A stretch of DNA of 64,000 nucleotides from Gemmatimonadota bacterium (GTDB taxonomy: Bacteria > Gemmatimonadota > Gemmatimonadetes > Gemmatimonadales > GWC2-71-9). The translations under genes and the position numbers were made by a program. The stretch is from positions 22,134 to 86,133 of the forward strand of contig JANPEL010000369.1 of the NCBI GenBank assembly GCA_031431925.1, read 5' to 3'. Under the pieces are notes generated by a model. The model did not search any database. It was not told the DNA's origin and saw only the letters and a list, made by a program, of their open reading frames with translations. Shown piece after piece: positions 26,856-36,239 of the stretch. Each line of letters opens with the position of its first letter. Position 1 is the first letter of the stretch.

Positions 26856-27589
26856 CCGGTTTAGCTGGTCCGGCCGAGGTCCGGGTTGAGGGCCTCCGGA
26901 AACGGTTCGGCCGAGTCGAGGTGCTCCGTGGCGTGGACTTCACGGTCCGAGCCGGCCGGGTCACGGCGCTCGTCGGGCCGAACGCGGCCGGCAAGAGTAC
27001 TCTGATCAAGGCGATCATCGGTTTGGTGAAGATCCGGCCGGGCGACGGCCGGGTGCTTCTCGACGGCGCGCCGATCAATGGTGACGTGGGATATCGGGAG
27101 CGGATCGGGTACATGCCCCAGGCGGCCCGGTTTCCCGACCAGCTGAATGCCCGCGAAGTGCTGGCGCTGGTCCGGGGGCTTCGGGCGCCTGGTACCCCGG
27201 TCGACTTGGAACTCGTGGAGCGGTTTCAACTCGAACCGATGCTCGATCAGCCGATTCGCACCCTGTCCGGCGGCAGCCGCCAGAAACTCAATGCGGCGGT
27301 GGCGTTCCTGTTCCGGCCGTCCTTGGTCATCCTGGACGAACCGACGGCGGGTCTCGATCCGATTGCGAGCGGGATCTTCAAGAACAAGGTCCAAGGCGCG
27401 CCTGCCGCGGGGACGACCGTGCTGCTTACCTCACATATCCTGAGCGAGATCGAGGAATTGGCGGAGGACATCGTCTTCTTGATCGACGGGCGGGTGGTGT
27501 TCGAAGGCCCGATTCCCTCGCTCCTCGAACAGGCCGGGGCCACCCGTCTTGAGCGCGCCGTGGCCACGCTGATGGAGCGGGGCCGATGA
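26852..27589 (+). CDS. nosF: NosF ABC transporter ATP-binding protein
   Basis: Walker A GPNAAGKST, signature LSGGSRQK, Walker B LVILDEPTAGLD. GTG start overlaps the nosD stop as GTGA (26852-26855). Confidence 0.85.
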   Translation: MTGLAGPAEVRVEGLRKRFGRVEVLRGVDFTVRAGRVTALVGPNAAGKSTLIKAIIGLVKIRPGDGRVLLDGAPINGDVGYRERIGYMPQAARFPDQLNAREVLALVRGLRAPGTPVDLELVERFQLEPMLDQPIRTLSGGSRQKLNAAVAFLFRPSLVILDEPTAGLDPIASGIFKNKVQGAPAAGTTVLLTSHILSEIEELAEDIVFLIDGRVVFEGPIPSLLEQAGATRLERAVATLMERGR

Positions 27590-28377
27590 CGCCGTTTCGG
27601 CGGGTGCTTTCGTCCCAGCTTCGCAATGTGATCCGGAGCCGGTGGATGGTTGGGCACACGATCCTCCTGCTCGGCGTGACCATGTTGTTGCTCCGGTTCG
27701 GCGGAAGCGGCGCGAGGGCGCTGTTGAGTCTGGTCAACTTGGTGTTGCTGCTGGTGCCGTTGGTCAGTGTGGTGTTCGGGACGCTGTACGTCTACAACGC
27801 CCGCGAGTTCATCGAATTGCTGCTGGCTCAGCCGGTCAAGCGGGGCGCCGTCTACCTCGGGATCTTCGGCGGGCTCGCCATCCCGCAGGCGGCCACTTTG
27901 TTGGTGGGGGTCGGCGGACCGCTGATGATCCAGGCCCTCCGGGAGCCGGCGATGGTCCGGCCCTTGGTGATGCTGCTCTCCGTGGGCGTCTGTCTCACTC
28001 TGGTTTTCACCGCCTTTGCGCTCTGCGTGGCGGTGTTAGTTGAAGAGCGGTCCCGAGGATTTGGGGTCGCTCTCCTGGTTTGGCTCGGGTGTACGGTGAT
28101 CTACGATGGGATCATCCTGCTCGTGGTCACGCTGTTCCGCGACTACCCGCTCGAGACGCCGGTGCTGATCCTCACGTTCTTGAACCCGGTCGACCTGGCC
28201 CGGGTGGTACTGCTCCTCACCTTCGATGTCGCGATCCTGATGGGGTATACGGGCACCCTGTTTGCCGAACTGTTTGGGAGCGGATTGGGGATCGTCGCGG
28301 CGTTTGTCGTGCTCCTGGCTTGTGCCGCGGTTCCGCTGGTGGCCGGGTTCCGGTGGTTCGGGAGGAAAGACTTCTAG
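27586..28377 (+). CDS. nosY: NosY ABC-2-type permease
   Basis: Six hydrophobic segments, 263 aa, ATGA overlap with nosF (27586-27589). Confidence 0.8.
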   Translation: MTPFRRVLSSQLRNVIRSRWMVGHTILLLGVTMLLLRFGGSGARALLSLVNLVLLLVPLVSVVFGTLYVYNAREFIELLLAQPVKRGAVYLGIFGGLAIPQAATLLVGVGGPLMIQALREPAMVRPLVMLLSVGVCLTLVFTAFALCVAVLVEERSRGFGVALLVWLGCTVIYDGIILLVVTLFRDYPLETPVLILTFLNPVDLARVVLLLTFDVAILMGYTGTLFAELFGSGLGIVAAFVVLLACAAVPLVAGFRWFGRKDF

Positions 28378-28379
28378 CG

Positions 28380-29375
28380 TTAGGCAGACCGGGCCGCGGC
28401 CTCGAATCGGGCCATGATGACGGCCACCGGTTCGATGCGGTGAATCGTGCCGACGCTCATCCCGGCTTGCCAGATGGCCGTCGCGGCATCGTCGGCCCGC
28501 CCTTGGCCCCGGATCGAGGTGCGTTTGAGATCCCGAATGGCCCGGAGCCCGAACCAGGCCCGGATCCATTTCTTGGTGCGGCGGCCTGTGAAGAGCCATC
28601 GGGCCACCGGACCGACCTTGGTGCCGATTCGGGCGATGTAGGGCGTCTTGATGACCGCGACCGGTACCCCGCTCAATCGCTCGGTGTGGGTGATGTCGGC
28701 TTCCGTTGCCGCGACGATGGCCTGCTTGTAGGCCTCGCTCGCGGTGCATTCCGGGGTCGCGATGAAGCGGGTGCCGAGTTGGACGCCGGCGTAGCCCAGG
28801 GTGAGCGCCGTTACGAATTCCGCTTCGCTGCCGATCCCGCCGGCAGAGACCACCGGCAGTCCGAGGTCGCTGAGTTCCGCGAGAAGTTGCTCGGGATTCC
28901 GGTTTCCGGAATGTCCCCCGGCCCGGGCGTTGACGGCAATCAGGCCGTGGACCCCGCCATCGCGGGCCTTCTCGGCCCACTTCCGCTCGGTCACATCGTG
29001 GTAGACGATGCCGCCTTGGCGGGTGACGGTGTCGACGACCCAGCGGGGATTGCCGAGTGAGGTCACGAAGAATCGAATGCCTTCCTCGAGGGCGATGTCG
29101 ACCCATCGCATCATCCGGTCGTGATAGGTCTTGGAACTGGTCTCGATCAGCGCGTTCATCCCGATCGGTTTCGAGGTGAGTCGCTTGATGAGTTGGAGGC
29201 CGGTACGAAACTCGTGGCCATGGACGTAGGTCAGCGCGATCGGTTGGACGATCCCGATGCCGCCGGCCTCGGACACCGCCGCGACCAGTTCGGGGTTGCT
29301 GCAGGGGTACATGGCGCCGCCGATGATCGGGAGGGCAATGCGGGCGTGAGCGGTGAGCGAAGTCTCGAGGCGCAT
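28380..29375 (-). CDS. Nitronate monooxygenase / NAD(P)H-dependent flavin oxidoreductase (2-nitropropane dioxygenase family)
   Basis: ALPIIGGAMYPCSNPELVAAVSEAGGIGIVQP, GLIAVNARAGGHSG, PVVSAGGIGS. Its stop lies 2 nt from the convergent nosY stop. Confidence 0.8.
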   Translation of the reverse strand: MRLETSLTAHARIALPIIGGAMYPCSNPELVAAVSEAGGIGIVQPIALTYVHGHEFRTGLQLIKRLTSKPIGMNALIETSSKTYHDRMMRWVDIALEEGIRFFVTSLGNPRWVVDTVTRQGGIVYHDVTERKWAEKARDGGVHGLIAVNARAGGHSGNRNPEQLLAELSDLGLPVVSAGGIGSEAEFVTALTLGYAGVQLGTRFIATPECTASEAYKQAIVAATEADITHTERLSGVPVAVIKTPYIARIGTKVGPVARWLFTGRRTKKWIRAWFGLRAIRDLKRTSIRGQGRADDAATAIWQAGMSVGTIHRIEPVAVIMARFEAAARSA

Positions 29376-29472
29376 GGAACCGGCAATTTAGCGCCGTTGA
29401 CCCCTCAAACCCGACCGCTCGTCCCAGAACAATTGCCCGGGGTATGTCCGGCGGGTATGCTGATAGAGGAAC

Positions 29473-31794
29473 ATGGGGACGCTCGATGAACAACTCGCTC
29501 TGGCTTTAGGGCCGGACTTCCGGGTCGAGCGGGAGCTCGGCGGCGGGGGGATGTCGCGGGTCTTCCTGGCCCGTGACGTGACCCTTGATCGCCTGGTGGT
29601 CGTCAAGGTCCATCCGTTCGAAAGCCGGGGCCAAGGCGGCGAGCGGTTCCGCCGCGAGATCCAGGTCGCGGCGCAACTCCAGCACCCGAATCTGGTGCCC
29701 GTCCTTTCGGCCGGCGAATCCGACGGCCTGCTCTACTTCATCATGCCATTCGTCGAAGGCGAGTCACTTCGGGCGCTGCTCGACCAGGAGGGGCCCATGG
29801 CGCCCGCCCGGGCGCGGATCGTCCTCCGGGACATCGCTCGGGCGTTGGCCTTTGCCCATGCCAACGGGATCGTCCACCGCGACATCAAACCCGACAATGT
29901 CCTGATGGCCGGCGATGCGGCGATGGTCACTGATTTCGGGGTGGCGAAGGCGCTGTCATCCGCCCGGGAGGCCGGTCCTTCCCTGACCGGGATCGGGATG
30001 TCGCTCGGGACTCCGTCGTACATCGCCCCCGAGCAGGCGGCCGGCGACGGGGATGTCGATCACCGCGCCGATCTCTACGCCTGGGGCTGTGTGGCGTTCG
30101 AGGTGTTGGCGGGGTCGCCGCCGTTTGCGGGCCGGAGTGCCCAGCAGCAGATCGTGGCGCACCTTGCCGAACCGGCTCCGGCACTCGGGCCGCGGTGCCC
30201 CGATGCCCCGGCCCGGCTGGTGGCGTTGGTGATGCAATGCCTCGAGAAAGACCCGACCCGGCGTCCGGCCACCGCCCAAGTACTGGTCGATGCGCTGGAG
30301 CAGACGGACGATCGCTCGTCCGGCCCCCGGCGCCGGTGGTGGCCCGTCGCGTTAGGCGTCCTTGGCGGGTTAGCCGCCCTCGGGTGGTGGTCACTCCGGG
30401 CGGGGCGGCCCGGCGGCCCGAGCACCGGCCCGATCACGGCGCTGGCCGTCCTTCCCCTCGTCTCGGGCGGCGAGGCCGAGGCCTATTTTGCCGACGGGAT
30501 GACCGAGGAGCTCATTGCGGCTTTGGGCCGGGTTGCCGGGCTTCGGGTGGCTTCTCGTACGTCGGTCTTTGCTATCAAACGATCCGAGGGACTCGACATC
30601 AAACAGATTGCCCGACGGCTCGACGTCGGGGCGGTGCTGGAGGGGTCGATCCGCCGGGCCGGCGGGCAGCTTCGGCTCAATGCCCAATTGACCAGCGCCG
30701 CCGACGGACTGGCGCTCTGGTCCGAAACCTATCAGCGGGCTGATGCGGACCTCTTTCAAGTTCAAGACGAACTGGCCCGCGCCATTGCCGGGGCCTTGCA
30801 GGTCAAACTGACCGGCGCGGTGCCGACGGGTCGGGGCACCGCCGATCTCGCGGCCTACGACCTCTACCTCCGGGCCCGGCACCGATGGCGGCAACGGGGT
30901 GAACCGGCGCTTCGGGAGGCCATCGGCTTGTTCCAGGAGGCGCTGACGAAGGATTCAGCCTTTGCCCGGGCCTGGGCCGGGCTGGGCGACGCGCTCGGTC
31001 TCCTGCCGCTCTATGGCGGTACCTCGCTCGATTCGGTCGCCGGGCCCGCCCGGTCCGCGGCGGAACGCGCGATCAAACTCGATCCGGGTTTGGCGGCCGC
31101 ATATGCCACCCTGGGCAACCTCGCCAAGAGCGAGGGCGACTGGCCGGCCGCGGCGCAGGCGCTCGACCGGGCCATTCAACTCGACTCGACTGATGTGAAC
31201 GGACTGCAATGGCGGGGTGAAGTGGGGTATCTCACCGGGCGGATACCCCAGGCGATCAGCGCCTTCGAACGGGCGGCGCGGGCCGATTCCGCTTCACCGT
31301 TAGTTGCCGCCCAACTCGGCCACGCCCTTGGGTTGGCGGGTCGCGATGGGGAGGCGGTGCGTGCGGTGGAACGGGCCATCGGGTTGGCGCCGAACCTGGG
31401 CGCGGTCTACTTCTTTGCCGGCTCCGTCCATCTGAGCGGCGGCCGGTTTGCCGACGCGGTCCGGGCCTTTGATCGCGCCGGCTTGTTGTCGCCCGGTTTC
31501 CTGGCGAGCGTCGGGCTCAGGTGTCATGCCTTGACCCGGGCTGGGAGTCCGGATGCCGCCCGGGCCTGCACGTTGCCGGTCGATCCGGTCGCGTCACCAA
31601 CCAGCGCCGCACTGGTGGCGTTGGCCCGCGGCGATCGGGCGACGGCGCTCGGGGTCCTCGAGCGAGGATTCGCCCGGCGAGACCCATTTTTGTTGGCGTC
31701 GTCGCTCACCGCGCCATGGTGGGCCGAACTTCGAGGGCAGCCCCGGTTTACCGCGCTCGCGGCCCGGCTCGGGGTCGAGTTACCGGCCCGCTGA
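29473..31794 (+). CDS. Membrane Ser/Thr protein kinase with periplasmic TolB-N-like module and TPR repeats
   Basis: Kinase motifs GGGGMSRVFLA, VVVK, HRDIKPDNVL, DFGVAK, TPSYIAPE. TM segment WWPVALGVLGGLAALGWW. Then ALAVLPL...EAYFADGMTEELI and several TPR-like repeats. Confidence 0.85.
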   Translation: MGTLDEQLALALGPDFRVERELGGGGMSRVFLARDVTLDRLVVVKVHPFESRGQGGERFRREIQVAAQLQHPNLVPVLSAGESDGLLYFIMPFVEGESLRALLDQEGPMAPARARIVLRDIARALAFAHANGIVHRDIKPDNVLMAGDAAMVTDFGVAKALSSAREAGPSLTGIGMSLGTPSYIAPEQAAGDGDVDHRADLYAWGCVAFEVLAGSPPFAGRSAQQQIVAHLAEPAPALGPRCPDAPARLVALVMQCLEKDPTRRPATAQVLVDALEQTDDRSSGPRRRWWPVALGVLGGLAALGWWSLRAGRPGGPSTGPITALAVLPLVSGGEAEAYFADGMTEELIAALGRVAGLRVASRTSVFAIKRSEGLDIKQIARRLDVGAVLEGSIRRAGGQLRLNAQLTSAADGLALWSETYQRADADLFQVQDELARAIAGALQVKLTGAVPTGRGTADLAAYDLYLRARHRWRQRGEPALREAIGLFQEALTKDSAFARAWAGLGDALGLLPLYGGTSLDSVAGPARSAAERAIKLDPGLAAAYATLGNLAKSEGDWPAAAQALDRAIQLDSTDVNGLQWRGEVGYLTGRIPQAISAFERAARADSASPLVAAQLGHALGLAGRDGEAVRAVERAIGLAPNLGAVYFFAGSVHLSGGRFADAVRAFDRAGLLSPGFLASVGLRCHALTRAGSPDAARACTLPVDPVASPTSAALVALARGDRATALGVLERGFARRDPFLLASSLTAPWWAELRGQPRFTALAARLGVELPAR

Positions 31795-31796
31795 CG

Positions 31797-31967
31797 CTAC
31801 GGCCGGCGGCGAAGCTGCTGCTTGGCCCGAGGCTTCTGGGCCTTGGCGGCGATGCTCGCGGCGCTGGTGGGCAGCGCCGCGGCCCGGGCCGCTTTCTTCT
31901 TTTCGAGAATCGCCCGAAACGCCGCAACGTTCGGATCATCCGCCGGTTTCTTAGGAGGTTTTGACAT
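31797..31967 (-). CDS. Possible small basic Lys/Ala/Pro-rich protein (56 aa)
   Basis: MSKPPKKPADDPNVAAFRAILEKKKAARAAAL...QLRRRP. Only the part after the internal ATG at 31967 looks protein-like. No family recognised. Confidence 0.3.
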   Translation of the reverse strand: MSKPPKKPADDPNVAAFRAILEKKKAARAAALPTSAASIAAKAQKPRAKQQLRRRP

Positions 31968-32019
31968 GCCTTCAAGGTAGTAGATTTGGCGGGACCCCTC
32001 CAGCCAAGACGAGAACTCC

Positions 32020-32622
32020 ATGAAACGGCTGTGGTGTCTGATGGTGGCGGCGGCGCCGGTGGCCGCCCAGACCGACCCGGCCGATGCCTGGGTGCCCTCG
32101 TTGACCAACCTGATGGGCCGGCCGGCGAGCGAACTCCGGGATGTGGTGGCCCGCTACTCGTCCGATCGCCGGGCCCTCGGCCGCCGGTACGACCTCGAAG
32201 CCTCGGCCGTGCGACGGAGCGCCATGGCCCGCTTTGATCGCGCGTGGCTCAAGCAAAATCACGGGCATCGGGTTCGACCCGCTCGGACTCGATGGGCGCA
32301 TCGATCACCTGTTGCTCCGGAATCTCCTCACCCGTGATCTGGCCGAGTTGCGGCGCGATTCCCTCCGGGCCGCGGCGGCTGAAGTCCGGCGGTCGTTCAA
32401 CGGAACCTATTCGCCGCTGTATCAAATCGCCTACATGATGGGAGGGCTGCAGTTTCGGGCCTTGCGGCGAGAGTTGGTGGACAGCGGCAAGGTGACCACC
32501 AAGGCCTTTCACGACGCCATCCTGCAATCGGGAACCTGCCGGTCGAGTTGGTCCGAGCCGGGTTGAGGAAGCAACCGCCGCGGGGAGATTTCGAGCCCAG
32601 TTGGCGGTTTGCGGGTTTCTAG
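32020..32622 (+). pseudogene. Decayed DUF885-family gene: N- and C-terminal remnants joined by a large internal deletion, with two frame changes
   Basis: Frame 1 gives a signal peptide plus DUF885-like N-terminus (RYSSDRRALGRRYDLEAS...FDRAWL). Frame 2 from about 32255 gives ITGIGFDPLGLDGRIDHLLLRNLL, then directly the family C-terminus EVRRSFNGTYSPLYQIAYMMGGLQFRALRRELVDSGKVTTKAFHDAILQSG. Frame 1 again from 32533 gives NLPVELVRAGL...SWRFAGF, then stop at 32620-32622. About 200 codons remain, versus roughly 550-600 for intact members as I recall. Confidence 0.6.
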
Positions 32623-33089
32623 GCGCGGGCCAGGCGCCACACGGTGGTGACCCGGCAGACGACATCTCCGCTCTGGTCGGTAATGGTGGTCTCCACGCGG
32701 TGGTCGACCGGGAGGTTCCCAACCGGGGGCACCGTCACGCGGGCGGTGGCGACCAGTGGGCCGCGGGCTTTCTTGAGGTAGTCCGCGGCAATACTCGTGA
32801 CGATACCCCGGATGTCCGGAGGGAGGGCCAAGGTCATGGCGAGTCCGCTGGTCATCTCGCCGGCGTTGACCAACGCCACCGCATGCACCGACCGAAGGTG
32901 GTTCCGGAGGGCGCGCCGGTCCTTGATCGTGACGCGGCAGTGGCCGGGCTCGAGTTCTTGGACCGTGGCCCCGATCGACCCGCTATACGGAACGAACCAA
33001 CCGAAGAGACGTGAGAAGATCCACCGGCCGGCTGGGAGACCGCTACAGCGGGTCCAGAGGGTGGCCAGCTGTTCCTGCCGAGACGCCAT
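32619..33089 (-). CDS. Hotdog-fold protein (DUF4442 / PaaI-thioesterase-like)
   Basis: PYSGSIGATVQELEPGHCRVTIKDRRALRNHLRSVHAVALVNAGEMTSG. Start trimmed to the ATG at 33089 (MASRQEQ). Confidence 0.65.
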   Translation of the reverse strand: MASRQEQLATLWTRCSGLPAGRWIFSRLFGWFVPYSGSIGATVQELEPGHCRVTIKDRRALRNHLRSVHAVALVNAGEMTSGLAMTLALPPDIRGIVTSIAADYLKKARGPLVATARVTVPPVGNLPVDHRVETTITDQSGDVVCRVTTVWRLARA

Positions 33090-33177
33090 GCTTCGGTCCT
33101 TGGGTGGAGCGGACGTGGATACTAACCGGACGTCGGCGCTCCCGAAGAGGGGTCGGCCAGGGCACATTTCAGGCTCA

Positions 33178-35469
33178 ATGCCTGAACCCACCGCGGCCCA
33201 GACGATTTCGCTCATCGGCATTGTGGTCGAATTGGGAGCGTGCTTGCTGTTCACCACGCTGGTCCTCGGGCTCCGCCGTGAAACAACGCCTCGGCCTTAC
33301 TTCATTCACTGGTCATGGGCCTGGGTGGCCCTGTCCGTTGCGTTGGCGGCGATGGCGGTCCGGTACGGCTTCATTCCGGTGGTGGCTCCCACGATGGTGG
33401 AGCCAGGTGCCGGCGTCCTCCTGGCCCCGTTTTACGCGATCTACCAATCGGCCAAGTTCTTCTTCCTTGGGTTTCTTTTGCTCGGAGTGTTGGCCTACCT
33501 GGGCCGGGGCTTCGAGATCCGGCGGGCCCGGTTCGTGGTCGCCGCCGTGGCGGTTCTGCTCGGCTCCATTCCGGTTCTGGTGACGGTCGATCTCAACGCC
33601 CTGGTGGTGCTTCAGGCCGCGGTTGCGGCGCCGTTGTTCGCGGTCTCGGCGTGGTGGGTCCGTCCCCAACCGTCGACCCGGCGGCTTGGGATTCAGATTC
33701 TTCGGTTCGCGATGGTCATCTTGGCGGTGCAGTGGAGCTTGTATACCCTGGCCTTTGCGGGTGCCGGGCAACCGGTGATGACGGCTTGGCAGCAGTTGCT
33801 CCGGTGGATGGCCGCGTACAATTCGTATCTCGATGCCGGACAAGTGGTCGTCTTGGGTGTCGGCATGGCCCTGACCTTGGTCGAGGACGACCACCGCGAG
33901 GCCGCGCGGGCCCAGCAGATCCGGATCGTGGCGGCCACGACTGCCGAGGCTCGGTTGGCGGAAGTGCTGCGGGCGGCCCACGAGGGGATCGTAACCCTGA
34001 GCGGCGACCGGCGGATCGGACTCGTCAACCGGGCGGCCGAGACAACGTTGGGTCTGGTCGAGGATTGCCGCGGCGAACTGTTCGACCGGTTCCTTCGTCC
34101 GGATCAGCGCGAGCCGTTGTGGGCAGCGCTGGCAGCCACCACTCGGCGATCCGAGGCGAATCCGCCGGTTGCCCTTCGCCGGGACGTCATCGGCCTCCGG
34201 GCGAATGGCGACGAGTTCCCGCTCGAGCTGTCGGTGTCGTCGTTCGGGGACGGCCCCGCCCGCGGGTTCGTGCTGGTTCTTCGCGATCTGACGGATCAGA
34301 TCCGGTCCCGCGGCGAGCAAGACCAACTGCGGGCCCAACTGGCCCAGACGGCGCGGCTCGAAGCGGTGGGCCGGATGGTGTCGGGGGTTGCCCATGAACT
34401 CAACAACCCGCTCACGGCCATCATGGGTTTCGGGCAGGACCTGCTCGGGTCGGCCCGTAGCGAGGAGGATCGCGAAGCCTTGGCGGTCATCGTGCAGCAG
34501 GCGGAACGTTGCCGGGTCATCGTCGGTGATCTGCTCATTTTCGCTCGGAGCCGCCGGGAAGAACGGCGCCGGACGACCGCGGACGAGTTGGTGGGTCGGG
34601 TGGTCCGGGTGTTCGAGCGCGACTCGGCCCACCACAACGTCTCGTTCTCGGTGAATCTGGCGCCCGATTTGCCGCCGCTCGAGGCCGATGGGCCGGGTAT
34701 TGAACAGGTCTTGACCAACTTGCTTACCAACGCCTTTCAGGCGGTGGCTCCTGGGGGAGGGGTCACGCTCGACGTCATGGTCCGGGACAATCGTTTGGTG
34801 TTCCAAATCGACGACGACGGGCCCGGGGTTGCTCCTGACGCGATGCCGCGGCTCTTCGAACCGTTCTTCACGACCAAGGGACTGGGCGAAGGCACGGGGC
34901 TCGGGCTGTCGGTTTCGCATGCGATCATCAACCAGCATGGCGGCGAAATCGGGGCCGAGAATCTGCCGGGACGGGGCGCTCGATTCACGGTGGCGCTACC
35001 GTTCGTCGAGCGCCGGATCGACCCTCCGATGCCGGCCGATGGCCTGGGGCCCGGCCCGGCCCGCCATGGGGATCCCGCCCCGGTTGGCCGGGCGTTGGTC
35101 GTCGATGACGAAGCCGCGATTCGGGCCGCGGTGCGCCGGAGCCTCGAACGCCACGGCTGGCAGGTGGACGAAGCCGCGGACGGCCAGGAAGGTTGGCTTC
35201 GACTGGACGTCGGCGGCCGGCCGGGGCCCTATCATGTCGTCGTCACCGATCTCCGGATGCCGGGTCTCTCCGGCATCGAACTGGTCGATCGCTTGCGAGC
35301 CACCCATCCCGAGTTGGCCGACCGAACCGTCGTCATCACGGGCGATACGGCGTCACCGGCGGTGGCGGCGTTTCTGGCCCGGCTCAAGACCCCTCACTTG
35401 CAGAAGCCATTCGATATCCGGGTGTTGGTCCAGATGGTTGAGCGGTTTCGGGGCGGGTCGGAATTGTGA
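33178..35469 (+). CDS. Hybrid sensor histidine kinase (multi-TM sensor - PAS - HisKA - HATPase - REC)
   Basis: About 7 N-terminal hydrophobic segments; PAS-like VTLSGDRRIGLVNRAAE; H-box SGVAHELNNPLTAI; N/G boxes NLLTNAFQA, DDGPGV, GLGLSVS; receiver VVDDEAAIR...VVVTDLRMPGLSG. Start uncertain; the ATG at 33178 was chosen. Confidence 0.8.
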   Translation: MPEPTAAQTISLIGIVVELGACLLFTTLVLGLRRETTPRPYFIHWSWAWVALSVALAAMAVRYGFIPVVAPTMVEPGAGVLLAPFYAIYQSAKFFFLGFLLLGVLAYLGRGFEIRRARFVVAAVAVLLGSIPVLVTVDLNALVVLQAAVAAPLFAVSAWWVRPQPSTRRLGIQILRFAMVILAVQWSLYTLAFAGAGQPVMTAWQQLLRWMAAYNSYLDAGQVVVLGVGMALTLVEDDHREAARAQQIRIVAATTAEARLAEVLRAAHEGIVTLSGDRRIGLVNRAAETTLGLVEDCRGELFDRFLRPDQREPLWAALAATTRRSEANPPVALRRDVIGLRANGDEFPLELSVSSFGDGPARGFVLVLRDLTDQIRSRGEQDQLRAQLAQTARLEAVGRMVSGVAHELNNPLTAIMGFGQDLLGSARSEEDREALAVIVQQAERCRVIVGDLLIFARSRREERRRTTADELVGRVVRVFERDSAHHNVSFSVNLAPDLPPLEADGPGIEQVLTNLLTNAFQAVAPGGGVTLDVMVRDNRLVFQIDDDGPGVAPDAMPRLFEPFFTTKGLGEGTGLGLSVSHAIINQHGGEIGAENLPGRGARFTVALPFVERRIDPPMPADGLGPGPARHGDPAPVGRALVVDDEAAIRAAVRRSLERHGWQVDEAADGQEGWLRLDVGGRPGPYHVVVTDLRMPGLSGIELVDRLRATHPELADRTVVITGDTASPAVAAFLARLKTPHLQKPFDIRVLVQMVERFRGGSEL

Positions 35470-36224
35470 TGGCCCTGGCGGGGTTCGGCTTGGCGGTCGT
35501 TGTCGGCGTCCTCCTTGGCCTGCTGGGCGGCGGCGGTTCGATCATGACCATTCCGGTCTTGGTGTATGCCCTGGGTGTCCCGATGAAGCAGGCGGTGCCG
35601 ATGAGCTTGATCGTGGTTGGGGTGACGAGCGTGGTTGGCGCGGTCAGCCATCATCGGCGGGGCAACGTCCGATGGGAGGCGGCCCTGAGCTTCGGCCCGA
35701 CCGCGATCCTGGGGGCCTTCATCGGGGCCCGGTTGGCCCATTTGGTGTCGAACCGGGTTCAGCTCGTGATCTTTGCCTGCCTGATGCTGGCGGCCGCGGT
35801 CTCGATGTTCCTCGGTCCCGGGATCTGGCAGAAACCGGACGGGCCGGCTGAAACCCAGGTCAGGCGTCCTTTTCCGATCATAGCGGCGTTAGGTTTAGGG
35901 GTGGGGATGTTGACGGGCCTGGTGGGGGTCGGTGGCGGATTCCTGTACGTGCCGGCCTTGGTCCTGCTGGGCGGGCTGGCAATGAAGGACGCGGTCGGGA
36001 CCAGCCTGATTCTGATCATCATCAGTTGCCTGGCCGGGTTTGTCAGCTACCTCGGTACGGTCCAGCTCGACTGGAGCGCCACCGGCCTGTTTACCGGCCT
36101 GGCGATCGTCGGGGTGGCGATCGGGAGCCGGCTGACGGGCATGGTCCCCCAGACGGCGCTCCGCCGGGGGTTTGCGGTGTTGTTGGTTTTCATGGGATTG
36201 CTGGTGTTGTTCAAACCCAGGTGA
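35466..36224 (+). CDS. TauE/SafE family sulfite/anion exporter permease
   Basis: GLLGGGGSIMTIPVLVYALG and the internal repeat GLVGVGGGFLYVPALVLLGG. The start (GTG 35466 or ATG 35469) overlaps the kinase stop (35467-35469). Confidence 0.8.
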   Translation: MMALAGFGLAVVVGVLLGLLGGGGSIMTIPVLVYALGVPMKQAVPMSLIVVGVTSVVGAVSHHRRGNVRWEAALSFGPTAILGAFIGARLAHLVSNRVQLVIFACLMLAAAVSMFLGPGIWQKPDGPAETQVRRPFPIIAALGLGVGMLTGLVGVGGGFLYVPALVLLGGLAMKDAVGTSLILIIISCLAGFVSYLGTVQLDWSATGLFTGLAIVGVAIGSRLTGMVPQTALRRGFAVLLVFMGLLVLFKPR

Positions 36225-36239
36225 TGGATCAGGAGAGTC

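Noticed and set aside
28036-29493. 485-aa minus-strand ORF covering the nosY 3' end and the nitronate monooxygenase gene in another frame
   Set aside because: Highly Arg/Pro/His-rich. The 331-aa frame at 28380..29375 has the real NMO motifs.
33313-34938. 541-aa minus-strand ORF opposite the hybrid histidine kinase
   Set aside because: Same artefact: Arg/Pro/Gly-rich with no motifs, while the plus strand carries unmistakable H-box, N/G-box and receiver motifs.
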